From assembly GCA_963740315.1 (NCBI GenBank), contig CAVUDP010000001.1, forward strand, positions 256,001-320,000: a DNA stretch of 64,000 nucleotides, in the 5' to 3' direction. Positions 10,897-21,859 of the stretch are shown piece after piece. Each line of letters begins with the position of its first letter. Position 1 is the first letter of the stretch. A program made the position numbers and the translations under genes. This DNA is from an uncultured cyanobacterium. GTDB lineage: Bacteria; Cyanobacteriota; Cyanobacteriia; Cyanobacteriales; Nostocaceae. The notes under the pieces are model-generated. The model was not told where the DNA came from. It saw only the letters and a list, made by a program, of their open reading frames with translations, and did no database searches.

Positions 10897-12573
10897 TTAG
10901 AAAATTGAATTGGTAGGTTCTACAATTGGTTGAGCAATGTTATCTACAACAAAATCACCGATAGCATTACCCGTTGGAAGTGCTTCTCCAACTCCTGAAT
11001 CAAAAGTATGCACGCCACCAAAAACACGACTCTCGGCATTTTCAATCGCTGCATCTTGGAAGCTGTCGTAAAAACGAACTATACCGGGTAAATCTGGCGA
11101 AACAGCCGGAAACTCAAAATCTTCACCGTAGAAACTTGCTAAGACAGGAGCCGCAGCACCTCCGATGGTAGCGTGCCCTGAAATGTAGTCAGGAAAAGGA
11201 GGTGTCTCGACAAATGACTCCCACTCTGGATCTACAACCGTATCCTCGCGACCGTCAATAGCATAAAGTCCGGTAATATCAGTTACAGGTCTTGGGTCAA
11301 GATAGGTATATTTAGCATCCCATGCAACGATAACCGCATCAGCTACAGCAGTGTTTAATTGCACAAACAATCGAGCGTTTTCTTCGAGACTATTGCCTTC
11401 CCTTACAGCAATTTGTTCTGCAATGTGATTCCAGTGCTTGCCCGGTTTGTAAGAGTCTCCCCGGTCATTGAGCCAAAATTCAGCAATCTCCGATTGTTCC
11501 GGAGTACGGATAATCTCAGTTAACTCAGTGTCTTTCTTTCCGCCTAAAACTCGAACTTCTTCGAGTTGTCTGGCATATTCGTCGCTACCAAATGGTGGGG
11601 GACCATCTGGAAGATATTCGTCAGAGCTGGAAATAGCCCAGGTTTGTGCATCGTTACCATATCCCGCACCAACTGCAATCCCGTCTTCACCAGGTTCCCA
11701 AACTGTCTCTGTCTGTGGAGGATTGAAAGGATAGTAATTGTCTGGATCGTCAACATCAAGTTCATCTTCTCGCAAAGCTAATAATTCTCTGGCAACAGCT
11801 TTACCGTAGGCATAGCCATAATCTTCAGATATACCATCGCTAATTTCGTCAAGAGACTTCTCCTTTTGCAAATCAAATATGTCTATTTGTTCGGGGAAAA
11901 GTTCACTTAGTACGGTATAACCAGCCCCGACAACTGCGGCTTCAGCAGAAGCATTTTCAGGTGCCTCTATATCTACAGCATAAGGCTCGTATCCTCCCTT
12001 AATTCCATTTACAGCATCGTAAATAGCTGCGTGTAACATTGCTGCCGCACGAGTTGTTTCTGGAGGTGCCGCGCCAACATTTAGAAATGAGTCGTATTTA
12101 TATTGAGTCGCGGCTGCATTCGATGCGATCGCGTTCCAATCAATAATTACATCAGTACCTGGGATAGAAACCAACTCAGAAACCGTCGGGTTTGTGGATG
12201 TATCCGAATCCGAGTCATTTAGTGCGTCAAGTTGGGCAATTAGAAAGTAAGCACCGGGCATTACATAGGAAGTATTATTGTCATATCCAAGGGTAAAGGT
12301 TTGAGATTCACCAGGCTGCAAATCTTGTAATGTCACCTCTTGGTTAGTCAATAGCCCATCATTAACTAGTTGATTGGTATCGGGCAACAATCTTTGGTTA
12401 ATCACTTTATCCGCAGATACATAGAGCCTAATATCTTTTGCACCTGTAACTATTTCATCACTTTCATTAGTGATAGTTACCTCAACATGACCTCGATCTC
12501 CCATTTCAACAGTATCGGGAAGATTGATGTTACTAAATTCAATTTTTAGATTTTCCACTGATAACTCCATCAA
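10897..12573 (-). CDS. Vanadium-dependent haloperoxidase / PAP2-family protein with N-terminal CARDB-like domain
   Basis: WDAKYTYLDPRP, PPFPDYISGHA, SRVFGGVH catalytic motifs; acidic Ig-like N-terminus. Confidence 0.85.
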   Translation of the reverse strand: MMELSVENLKIEFSNINLPDTVEMGDRGHVEVTITNESDEIVTGAKDIRLYVSADKVINQRLLPDTNQLVNDGLLTNQEVTLQDLQPGESQTFTLGYDNNTSYVMPGAYFLIAQLDALNDSDSDTSTNPTVSELVSIPGTDVIIDWNAIASNAAATQYKYDSFLNVGAAPPETTRAAAMLHAAIYDAVNGIKGGYEPYAVDIEAPENASAEAAVVGAGYTVLSELFPEQIDIFDLQKEKSLDEISDGISEDYGYAYGKAVARELLALREDELDVDDPDNYYPFNPPQTETVWEPGEDGIAVGAGYGNDAQTWAISSSDEYLPDGPPPFGSDEYARQLEEVRVLGGKKDTELTEIIRTPEQSEIAEFWLNDRGDSYKPGKHWNHIAEQIAVREGNSLEENARLFVQLNTAVADAVIVAWDAKYTYLDPRPVTDITGLYAIDGREDTVVDPEWESFVETPPFPDYISGHATIGGAAAPVLASFYGEDFEFPAVSPDLPGIVRFYDSFQDAAIENAESRVFGGVHTFDSGVGEALPTGNAIGDFVVDNIAQPIVEPTNSIF

Positions 12574-13080
12574 GATTTAGATTATAAAGATGACTGCCAA
12601 TTCTAAAAAGTTATTCTCATCGAAACGAGGAAACTTAATTAGTAAATAGCATCCATTACCAAACATTTGAATTTAGTCAGAGCAATTGAGTAACTGGCGG
12701 TATACCAGTAACTTGTTTGTTTATAAGGATTAACAATCCTTACATCCTGACCTAAATTTTTGACTAGCTTTAGCAAAACCAGTTATTTGATTGGCTGCAA
12801 AATTTCGTAGGTATCTATAAGTAACTATGGATATTTTCTAAATGGATTATGCAGGTGAATCACAATCATTCCGCGATCGACTACAAATAATTAACCGTTA
12901 AATCCTTGTGTGAAGCGAGTTGAAGTACAATTTATTAAAATATCAATTTAAATTTAATTTACATAAATATACGGTTAATCTTAATGCCGTGTATTATCTG
13001 CTACGTATTTTTAGGACTACTTGTAATCTAAAATACATTTACTTCTGAAATAATAATTTCTAAATAGCCTTGAAATAAAT

Positions 13081-13209
13081 TCTCAAGACGAGAAGATTGA
13101 CATTATGCAAAGCAAAATTGAACAAGTAAATGAGAAGATTGAGCAACTTAATAACATCAAAGCTTATTTGAAGACAAAATTAGACAAGGTAAAACAAGGG
13201 ACATTGTAG
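13081..13209 (+). pseudogene. Coiled-coil C-terminal gene remnant (MerR-like)
   Basis: SQDEKIDIMQSKIEQVNEKIEQLNNIKAYLKTKLDKV, no N-terminus. Confidence 0.3.
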
Positions 13210-13337
13210 GTAATGAAGGCTAATTATCAGATATCTAAGCATATTCCTTCGCCTTTCGCTTCCAAAATTAAATGCGTTTGCACTCTTGAGTAAGCTAGTT
13301 ATCGTATGATCAAATCAAGCTGTAGAAATAACCTAAT

Positions 13338-13625
13338 ATGGATTTTATTAAAGAACAGATTAATGAGAAGCTAGAAAACCTACCTAAAACAGCACTTGAG
13401 CAAGTTCTAGAGTATGTTACTTTTTTGGAATGGCGTAAAAGTAATAATAATGAATTATCATCTGTAGCTAGCGAACAGTTACTAGAAGAAGATAAAAACT
13501 GGTTGGAAGCAGATTTATCTAATCTAGGTAGTTACGAACCATATGACTGGCAACCTGGAGAAATAGATGAAGGTTTACCCGTTAAGCATTTACCCGGTAA
13601 GGGAATAGTGATAGTAGAAGAATGA
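13338..13625 (+). CDS. DUF2281-like putative antitoxin
   Basis: LENLPKTALEQVLEYVTFL N-terminus, acidic C-terminus; stop overlaps an ATG (ATGA). Confidence 0.55.
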   Translation: MDFIKEQINEKLENLPKTALEQVLEYVTFLEWRKSNNNELSSVASEQLLEEDKNWLEADLSNLGSYEPYDWQPGEIDEGLPVKHLPGKGIVIVEE

Positions 13626-13673
13626 CCACAGCAAAACCCCCAAGGATGCGAGCAAGAAGGCTATCCTAATCGT

Positions 13674-14561
13674 TTAGCTATCATCAGCAAGGTCTTCATC
13701 AGTAGAAACAGGTAAAGGTTGCCCAAAAAACAACAAAGTGCTTTGCGGTAATCTTGCTTCAATTTGTCCTAGAATTGCCTCTAATTCTACTTTTGGACTT
13801 GACTGTAAGCCGAGACACATTGCAATTCCATTCGCGTCTGTACTCCACCTTTGTTTAAGCTGAATACGATAACCGGAAGTTTCAGCAAGCAATTCATAGG
13901 AATGAAAATGCATGGGATTTCCCAGACGAGCATCTTGAATATGTTCAAAGGAAAATTCTCGTTGCATATATTCAAAAAGACAATCTTGAGCTATCAAAAC
14001 AAGATGTTTATTAAGATGTTCAAAAGTTTGAATTTTATGATGAAGTTGCATCAAAATTGTCTTTGCTGTCATCTTCCAATTCATGCCAAATCCCTTTTTC
14101 GATGCAAGATCCGCATCTCTCACTTCAATACCATGATTCTGAACAAAACGTTGGCGTTCGGGCCACACCGTACCAGTGGTATCGAGAGTTTGCAGTTCCA
14201 TACCAACAAAGTCGATAACTTTTCCCGATCGCACAGAAGTAAGGCAGTAATCGATACTACCTCCCGGTACTGAGATTTCAGGAACAATCCGAAGTTCGTT
14301 ACCTGGTTCATGCAGTGTTAATAAATGAATACAGTCCGTAAAGATTTGGCTGTGTTCGAGAAGTCGAAACGGACAAATAATAATATTTCGGGCTTGTTTA
14401 CCATAAGAAACCGTACATGAACCAATGGTAATATCTGGTTCGCTTTTGCGATTTTTAAGACATTTACGAGATAGAAAAGGACAGTTCTGGTTAGAAATAA
14501 TCTCATCCCAAGCAAGCGATTGATTTGTAGAATTCCCGTATAGTTCAACAACTTTAGTCAT
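13674..14561 (-). CDS. NotI-family type II restriction endonuclease
   Basis: Cys cluster CPFLSRKC...GSC...IICPFR, IDY...GMELQTLDTTG, GMNWKMTAKTIL; ATG overlaps the methylase stop. Confidence 0.8.
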   Translation of the reverse strand: MTKVVELYGNSTNQSLAWDEIISNQNCPFLSRKCLKNRKSEPDITIGSCTVSYGKQARNIIICPFRLLEHSQIFTDCIHLLTLHEPGNELRIVPEISVPGGSIDYCLTSVRSGKVIDFVGMELQTLDTTGTVWPERQRFVQNHGIEVRDADLASKKGFGMNWKMTAKTILMQLHHKIQTFEHLNKHLVLIAQDCLFEYMQREFSFEHIQDARLGNPMHFHSYELLAETSGYRIQLKQRWSTDANGIAMCLGLQSSPKVELEAILGQIEARLPQSTLLFFGQPLPVSTDEDLADDS

Positions 14562-15625
14562 GAAGGTAAACCGCACCTTTGACGAGCAATAGTAATGTAC
14601 TCTCCTGAAACATCAATTCCAATTGATTTTCGCTTTAGTTGACTAGCAACTAAACTTGTTGTTCCCGTTCCCATAAATGGGTCTAATATCACACCGGATT
14701 GAGGACAGGTAGCAAGGATTGGAATTTTACATAAATCTTCAGGATAAGGTGCAAAGTGAAGTTTTCGCTTTTGAGTATCTTCTGGTAAAATATCCCAGAC
14801 ATCGCTGGGTTTACTGCCATTAGGATGATATTTAAGAAAATAGAAGCCACGTTCGGCAAGTTCACGCGCTCGTCCAGAAACTTTTACCGAGTCGGAATGG
14901 GTTGTTCGTTGCTGCTTGCAAATAATCATGCGAAAGTCAGATAGTTTACCTTCCCGCACAGTTTCTAATATTTCATCAAGAGCCTTGAGTGCATTATTCT
15001 TTTGAGCATCATCAAGTGCTGTGGATAATTCAATTTGTCGTCTATAACGTACACCAGAAACACCAGTTGCAGAAACTACAGAACCATTGACTACCTTAGC
15101 TTGTCTAGGTTTCGAGCGAATTGCATCAACATCATAAAAGTAGCGGCTTGATTTTACAAAGTGAAAAAAATGCTCGTGTATATTTCGGAGTTTATCTTTT
15201 GTATTGTCAGGTGAGCCTTTTACTTTATTCCAAATAACGCTATTACGAAGAAACCAGCCTTGCTTATCTGTCATTGCCAAAGCAACTCGCCAAGGTATAC
15301 CAACTAAAGATTTACGCTGATAAGAATCTCCCATATTTAACCAGAAGGAGCCGCTAGGTTTTAATATTCGCTTTATTTCATCAAATATTGCCAGCAGGTT
15401 TTTAATATAGTCGGACCATGTAGACTCATTCCCAATTCCCCCATTTGCGTAAGCTCTTTGTCCCCAGTAAGGTGGGGATGTAATTACACAGTCGATAGAA
15501 TTATCGGGAAATAGCTTTAAAAGTGTATAAGTATCGGCTTCTAAAAATAAAGGCATGGAGTCTAATGAAGCGAGATAGTTTTTGACCTTACCTATATTTT
15601 GTAGAAGTTCGCTTTCCACAACCAT
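14558..15625 (-). CDS. Site-specific DNA methyltransferase (N4-C/N6-A, beta class)
   Basis: TSPPYW catalytic motif; ILDPFMGTGTT SAM-binding motif. Confidence 0.93.
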   Translation of the reverse strand: MVVESELLQNIGKVKNYLASLDSMPLFLEADTYTLLKLFPDNSIDCVITSPPYWGQRAYANGGIGNESTWSDYIKNLLAIFDEIKRILKPSGSFWLNMGDSYQRKSLVGIPWRVALAMTDKQGWFLRNSVIWNKVKGSPDNTKDKLRNIHEHFFHFVKSSRYFYDVDAIRSKPRQAKVVNGSVVSATGVSGVRYRRQIELSTALDDAQKNNALKALDEILETVREGKLSDFRMIICKQQRTTHSDSVKVSGRARELAERGFYFLKYHPNGSKPSDVWDILPEDTQKRKLHFAPYPEDLCKIPILATCPQSGVILDPFMGTGTTSLVASQLKRKSIGIDVSGEYITIARQRCGLPS

Positions 15626-15787
15626 TGAGATACCGGGAGTAACTATACAATCATAACTTTAGCGGAATTTTGGGGAATTATGGATAAGGAATTAATTATC
15701 CCGTCTGATAGTAACATTTTTAACTATTGTCCCATCTAGCTTGCTGCAAACAATCTTTGATATTTAATAAATAACTAATTTGTTCTA

Positions 15788-16519
15788 TTAATCTTCTGGA
15801 GCAGGATCTTGTTGCAATTCAAGGGCATTAGCTTCAAATGCATTAATACAGTTCTCCAACACACCCAACATAAACTCTACTTGAAAACCAATTGTAGGAG
15901 GTGTACTATATATTCCACTAAGGTAAGTAGGTCTTTTTTCTGACTCATATAACTTAAAACCATGCGTACCTTTTCCGGCTCTTCCCTCATGAATATAGGC
16001 AGAACGCATTTCTTTATATGCAATTGCACCATAACGAGATAGAGTAAGCCATTCTTCAAGCTCATTACGATTAGTCTCAGGATATTGTTTTAAAGTCTCG
16101 GTAATAATAGTTTTTAAGTTCCAATCAGCCGAAATTTGACGAAGTTGATATTGGTTAATACGTGTAGGAGTTTGACGTTCCCCAATCTTACTTAAAAATG
16201 TACATACATCTTCAGGAAGTTTCTGTTTATTTTTTTGATTGTCTATTCGGTTCCAAACATCAGGTAATGAAACAATTTGAAATAACTCACCACCGTAACG
16301 AGCAAGAAAAGCATCAAATATAATACGTTTGCCTTTTTTAGCATATTCTTTTTTAGCAATGTTTTGTGCCCATAAACTCGAAAGAGCATCGAAATGTGCC
16401 CAAAGTAGAATATTAGCTTCATGATTATGCTTTTTCAGGTCTAAATTTCGGATGAATGTGCATCTTATTCTCCAATAATTGAAAAAAGTAGTAATTCGCC
16501 ATCGCAATTCTTCGTTCAT
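15788..16519 (-). CDS. Hypothetical helical protein with Rx4H motif (possible HEPN)
   Basis: 243 aa; AYKEMRSAYIHEG; co-oriented upstream of the RM pair. Confidence 0.55.
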   Translation of the reverse strand: MNEELRWRITTFFNYWRIRCTFIRNLDLKKHNHEANILLWAHFDALSSLWAQNIAKKEYAKKGKRIIFDAFLARYGGELFQIVSLPDVWNRIDNQKNKQKLPEDVCTFLSKIGERQTPTRINQYQLRQISADWNLKTIITETLKQYPETNRNELEEWLTLSRYGAIAYKEMRSAYIHEGRAGKGTHGFKLYESEKRPTYLSGIYSTPPTIGFQVEFMLGVLENCINAFEANALELQQDPAPED

Positions 16520-16759
16520 GCTATTAATTATTTATGTAGTATAATTGCATAAACATGTAACATAAAGAAATAAAAAATCAAAGTTGTTTGTAACAAAGTA
16601 AGTCATACGGTTTGCGTTTGCTTTATCTCTCCTCAGCGTTAACCTCGGCACTCCTCTGCGTAAAAAAAATATATTATCCCCATTCCCACCAACCAAACCA
16701 AAACCCACGGTACACTGTTGAAATTGTGAAGGACATTCCTTAATAATCAACTGTGTGCT

Positions 16760-18907
16760 ATGGCTAATTTTTTATTGGAAGTCGGAACGGAAGAGTTACC
16801 TGCAAGCTTTTTGAGCGGTGCGATCGCGCAATGGAAGCAGCTAATTCCTCAATCTTTAAAAGAAAATTTTCTTGACAATGATGCGGTAGAAATTTACGGT
16901 ACTCCCCGCAGGTTGGCAGTTTTAATTAAGGGTTTACCGCAACAACAAGCGGATCGGGAGGAGGAGGTAAAGGGACCCCCCGCAAAGGCTGCTTTTAAAG
17001 ATGGTAGCCCCACCAAAGCGGCGGAAGGTTTCGCTAAGAAGCAGGGTGTTGATGTATCGGCTTTGGAAATTCGTCCTACCGACAAAGGTGATTTTGTTTT
17101 TGTTAACAAAAGTATCAAAGGACGTTCTACAACGGATATTCTCGCCGAAGTGATTCCCGATTGGATTTTTAAGTTAGAAGGTAAGCGGTTGATGCGTTGG
17201 AGTGATGGGGATTTGAAGTTTTCTCGTCCGATTCGCTGGCTGGTGGCTTTGTTGGATGACAAAGTTTTACCGATTGAAATCGAAAATAATTCGGAAGTTG
17301 TTAAAAGCGGTAATACTTCTAGGGGACATCGGGTTTTACATCCGGATAATGTAACCATCTCTCAAGCTACCGATTATCTTAGTACTTTGAATTTAGCTTC
17401 CGTGGTTGCTGATACTCAAACCCGAATTAATACGATTACTCAACAGGTACAAGAAGCTGCCAATAAACACAGTGGTTATGCTCAAATTTATCCCGATTTA
17501 TTAGAGGAAGTTGTTAATTTAGTCGAATATCCCTCGGCAGTTGTGGGTAATTTTGAACCCGATTTTTTAGAGTTACCACCAGAAGTTATTACTACGGTAA
17601 TGGTTTCTCATCAAAAGTATTTTCCGGTATTTAAAGCTGAGGATAGTAAAGAGTTGCTGCCTCATTTTATTACGGTTTCTAATGGCGATCCAGAAAAAGC
17701 CGATATTATTGCTAAAGGTAATGAAAGGGTAATTCGCGCTCGTTTATCCGACGGTAGATATTTTTACGAAAACGATATTAAGCAATCTTTAGAAAGCTTT
17801 TTACCGCAGTTGGAAACGGTAACTTTTCAAGAAGATTTGGGTTCTTTACGACAAAAGGTCGATCGCATTTGTAGCGTTGCCGATCGCATTTCCAAACAGT
17901 TAAATTTAGCACCCCAACAGCAAGAACATATTCAAAGAGCAGCTTTATTATGTAAAGCCGATTTAGTTAGTTCAATGGTGTATGAATTCCCGGAATTGCA
18001 GGGAATTATGGGTCAAAAATACGCTTTGAATAACGAACCGGAAGCTGTAGCCGATGCGATTTTCGAGCATTATTTACCCAGAGGTGCGGATGATATTTTA
18101 CCGCAAACTGTTACGGGTAGAGTTGTTGCTATTGCAGATAGAGTTGATACCTTAGTAAGTATTTTCGGCTTGGGAATGATTCCTACGGGTTCCTCCGATC
18201 CCTTTGCATTACGTAGAGCGGCAACTGCGATTGTTAATATTACTTGGGATGGCGATTTAGCAATTAATTTACAGCAGCTACTCGCAGATACAGCAACGGA
18301 ATTCGCTAATACCTATAACAAAGATAAAGCTAAATTAGTTGCTGACCTAGAAGACTTTTTCTTACAACGTATCCGCACCTTACTACAAGAAGAAAAGCAT
18401 ATCGACTACGACTTAGTTAATGCCGTATTGGGAGAAAACGACCCAGAGTATACAGAACGGGCATTGCAGGATTTATTAGACGTTCGCGATCGCGCTTTAT
18501 TCTTACAAGAAATTCGCAACAACGGCACCTTAGATAAAATCTACGAAACCGTAAATCGTTCTACAAGATTAGCAGCGCAAGGTGACTTAGATACCCAACA
18601 ACTCGATCCGGGCAACTTAGTACAACTCGACTTATTTCAGAAATCCTCCGAAGAATCATTTTATCACGCCGTTGTTGGCTTAGTACCGCAAACCCAAGCA
18701 GCACAACAACAGCGAAATTACCAACAACTGATAGCGGGATTAACAGAAATAGCACCAACCGTAAGTACATTCTTCGACGGACCCGAAAGCGTGTTAGTAA
18801 TGGATGACAATCCGGATATCAAGCGAAATCGTCTGTATTTACTAGGGCTACTACGTAACCACGCCCGTGTTTTAGCGGATTTCGGTGCAATTGTAAAAAA
18901 TCTGTAG
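16760..18907 (+). CDS. glyS: Glycine--tRNA ligase beta subunit
   Basis: [37 protein letters not shown]. Confidence 0.98.
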   Translation: MANFLLEVGTEELPASFLSGAIAQWKQLIPQSLKENFLDNDAVEIYGTPRRLAVLIKGLPQQQADREEEVKGPPAKAAFKDGSPTKAAEGFAKKQGVDVSALEIRPTDKGDFVFVNKSIKGRSTTDILAEVIPDWIFKLEGKRLMRWSDGDLKFSRPIRWLVALLDDKVLPIEIENNSEVVKSGNTSRGHRVLHPDNVTISQATDYLSTLNLASVVADTQTRINTITQQVQEAANKHSGYAQIYPDLLEEVVNLVEYPSAVVGNFEPDFLELPPEVITTVMVSHQKYFPVFKAEDSKELLPHFITVSNGDPEKADIIAKGNERVIRARLSDGRYFYENDIKQSLESFLPQLETVTFQEDLGSLRQKVDRICSVADRISKQLNLAPQQQEHIQRAALLCKADLVSSMVYEFPELQGIMGQKYALNNEPEAVADAIFEHYLPRGADDILPQTVTGRVVAIADRVDTLVSIFGLGMIPTGSSDPFALRRAATAIVNITWDGDLAINLQQLLADTATEFANTYNKDKAKLVADLEDFFLQRIRTLLQEEKHIDYDLVNAVLGENDPEYTERALQDLLDVRDRALFLQEIRNNGTLDKIYETVNRSTRLAAQGDLDTQQLDPGNLVQLDLFQKSSEESFYHAVVGLVPQTQAAQQQRNYQQLIAGLTEIAPTVSTFFDGPESVLVMDDNPDIKRNRLYLLGLLRNHARVLADFGAIVKNL

Positions 18908-18987
18908 TGAAAATCAACAAAACATGGTGTAAATTATGTCAATAAACGTTAGTATAAAGTTGCTTAACCAGGGTCTGCTTACAGTCT

Positions 18988-20409
18988 ATGCCTAAAGCTC
19001 ATGTAATTGGATTGGGAAAATCCGGTGTTGCTGCGGCGAGATTGTTGAATCGAGAAGGTTGGGAGGTGGAAATTGGTGATACAAAAACCTCCCCTAGCCT
19101 CCTCAAACAACAACAAGAGCTTGCTGTCGAGGGAATCACAGTTAAATTAGAGTATTCCCTAGAATTAAACGATACCGAATTACCGAAATTAATCGTAGTT
19201 AGTCCCGGCGTACCCTGGGATATTCCCCCATTAATCGCAGCGCGGGAAAAAGGAATTGAAACCATCGGGGAAATGGAATTTGCATGGCGCAATTTAAGTT
19301 CTATTCCCTGGATAGCAGTTACCGGCACTAACGGTAAAACTACCGTTACATCTTTAGTAGGTGCAATATTTCAGACTGCGGGTTTACACGCACCCACTTG
19401 CGGTAACATTGGTCACGCTGCTTCTGAGATTGCGCTTGAGCAAGGACAAGTAGACAAGGAAGAAACTTCCCCCCATCTCCCCATCCCCCCATCCCCCCAT
19501 CTTCCCCTAGATTGGATAATCGCCGAACTCAGCAGTTATCAAATCGAATCTTCCGACTCGATAGCGCCTACAATCGGGATCTGGACGACTTTAACCCCAG
19601 ACCATTTAGCGCGTCATAAAACTTTAGAAAACTACTACACAATTAAAGCGCAATTACTGCAACGTTCTCAAATGCAGGTTTTCAACGGTGACGATCCATA
19701 CTTAAGAAAAGTGGGTGAAACCGATTGGCAAGATGCTTATTGGACGAGCATTAAAGGTAAAGATGATTTAATCGGTGGTAAAGGTTTTTACATTCAAGAT
19801 GGTTGGGTTGTAGAAACGCAACATATAGCATCTTTGTCAGAACAAAAAATTATGCCGGTTTCCGCATTGCGAATGGTAGGAGAACATAATTTGCAAAATC
19901 TGCTGTTAGCGATCGCAGCAGCAAGGTTAGCGGGAATTGAAAAATCAGCAATTCACCAAGCCATTAGCGAATTTGCTGGAGTACCGCATCGTTTAGAACA
20001 TATTCGGACTTGGGAAGGAATTGACTTTATTAATGATAGTAAAGCAACAAATTACGATGCTGCCGAAGTTGGTTTAGCATCGGTAAAAAGTCCGGTAATT
20101 TTGATTGCTGGAGGTGCTGCGAAACCTGGAAACGATAAACCTTGGATAAATAAAATCAAAGAAAAAGCCTTCTCTGTATTATTAATTGGCGATGCAGCAC
20201 CAATATTTGCAAAACGCTTTGAAGAGGAAGGATATTCCAACTACGAAGACATGGGAACGATGGAAAAAGCTGTTGCTCGTGCAGGGGAATTAGCTAAAAA
20301 GCATGATGCTTTAGTAGTTTTACTATCACCAGCTTGCGCTAGTTTTGACCAATATGCGAATTTTGAAGTACGCGGTGATGATTTTCGTAAATGGTGTTTG
20401 GAATTGTAG
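18988..20409 (+). CDS. murD: UDP-N-acetylmuramoyl-L-alanine--D-glutamate ligase
   Basis: GLGKSG, VTGTNGKTT, ELSSYQ, NDSKATN, LLSPACASFDQY. Confidence 0.98.
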   Translation: MPKAHVIGLGKSGVAAARLLNREGWEVEIGDTKTSPSLLKQQQELAVEGITVKLEYSLELNDTELPKLIVVSPGVPWDIPPLIAAREKGIETIGEMEFAWRNLSSIPWIAVTGTNGKTTVTSLVGAIFQTAGLHAPTCGNIGHAASEIALEQGQVDKEETSPHLPIPPSPHLPLDWIIAELSSYQIESSDSIAPTIGIWTTLTPDHLARHKTLENYYTIKAQLLQRSQMQVFNGDDPYLRKVGETDWQDAYWTSIKGKDDLIGGKGFYIQDGWVVETQHIASLSEQKIMPVSALRMVGEHNLQNLLLAIAAARLAGIEKSAIHQAISEFAGVPHRLEHIRTWEGIDFINDSKATNYDAAEVGLASVKSPVILIAGGAAKPGNDKPWINKIKEKAFSVLLIGDAAPIFAKRFEEEGYSNYEDMGTMEKAVARAGELAKKHDALVVLLSPACASFDQYANFEVRGDDFRKWCLEL

Positions 20410-20435
20410 ATTAGTTAGTTTGTAAACCCGGAATC

Positions 20436-20652
20436 TTTGTAGGGTGTGTTACGGCTTTAATATATTTCCGGTCTATATTACTATTTAAATAATGCCGTAA
20501 CGCACCATTTCCGGAGTATACAACCTTACTAGAGCGCAGAGAAAAGTTTTGTAGGGTGTGTTACGGCTTTAATATATTTCCGGTCTATATTACTATTTAA
20601 ATAATGCCGTAACGCACCATTTCCGGAATTAAAACCTTACTAGAGCGCAGAG
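20436..20652 (+). repeat. Tandem pair (112-bp period) of REP-like stem-loops GTAGGGTGTGTTACGGC...GCCGTAACGCACC
   Basis: Two near-identical units; related copies near 38117, 38696, 55460, 55913, 58671. Confidence 0.85.
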
Positions 20653-20681
20653 TACGCTGAGGTAAGAAGTAAAGAGGTATT

Positions 20682-20868
20682 GTAGGTTGGGTTAGACGCG
20701 AAAACGAATTTTAAAAATACTGATAATTGATAACATCGTGTCGTAACCCAACATTAACATTGTAGATAAATTGAAATATTTAAAATAGCGATAATCAAGA
20801 TGTTGAGTTACGACACAAACTTGATTTTCGATTAAAAACCATTATTATTCGTGCGTCTAACCCAACCC
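20682..20868. repeat. Inverted pair of REP-like GTAGGTTGGGTTA...TAACCCAAC elements
   Basis: Matches the pair at 21860-22025 and copies near 22048 and 55997. Confidence 0.8.
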
Positions 20869-21449
20869 TTGTCAGTAAGCATTAATTTTATTTTGCTTTC
20901 ATTCTGTCTCTTAGTCATTTGAATAACAGTAACAAGTGAAGGTATTAATTTCTGTAATTCTGAATCCTGCGCCCATTTAGGAATATTTGTTAATTTATAA
21001 GTGTATTTTACTTCCGATACCACAGTACCGGATTCATTTTGTGGTTCTGTAAAATTCACAATTTTATCAACTTCCAAATCTCCAATACAAAATAAATTTA
21101 TCGTGTTGAAGCTAAATGGTGATAACTTTATCTTACGAATTTTTTTACCTTCTGAGGTTAAATTGTAATAAGTCGATATATGAGTATTCCCAGAGGTTTT
21201 TACGCTTTTATCGCTCTTTGAAAGCAAACCTATTTTTACTAGTTTCTCAAACATTCTAGGATTTTCGTTTTTATCTGTGATATGAGGTAATTCTCCGACT
21301 CCAAAGCAATTATGACCAGATTTTGGTAGTACTTGATTAATTGCTTTGGTGAAATTACCTTCATTTGCTGTCTTTGGATTATTACAACCGATTACAAATA
21401 TTGAAGCGTAGGCAGATATGAGAGCTATTTTTGCAAAATGCATAGTCAC
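20832..21449 (-). CDS. Hypothetical lipoprotein
   Basis: Lipobox VIGC; KTANEGNFTKAIN; VNFTEPQ...SEVKYTYKL. Confidence 0.75.
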   Translation of the reverse strand: MTMHFAKIALISAYASIFVIGCNNPKTANEGNFTKAINQVLPKSGHNCFGVGELPHITDKNENPRMFEKLVKIGLLSKSDKSVKTSGNTHISTYYNLTSEGKKIRKIKLSPFSFNTINLFCIGDLEVDKIVNFTEPQNESGTVVSEVKYTYKLTNIPKWAQDSELQKLIPSLVTVIQMTKRQNESKIKLMLTDKGWVRRTNNNGF

Positions 21450-21859
21450 CTTGATATTTTTTTACTAAACACATATAGAAGAAAGTTTGATATTCTTCTA
21501 CCCGATCGAAAGATGAATAATTAAGAATTTTGGTAGTCGTCAGCACCACCAATAATTACATTGCTCAAATCAGAAGAAGGCAGCAGAATTTGAGAGGATT
21601 GTGCTACTAGTAATTAAGCTCAATCCAAGTAAATGCAAGATTTTCAAACTCATATTTTTATTTAAGTTTTTGTCAAAAATCAGAGAATGCGCGCCAGGAG
21701 TTTACTTGTAAGACTCATCAGTAAATTCCCTTATTCTTTGATAAGAGATTAATTATGATAACGTCAATACGGATATGCAAGCTTTATTAAATATTTATAC
21801 AATTTATGTTTTTAATTCGCATTAAACGACGATTAAAATACTCTTGTATATTTAGCCCG

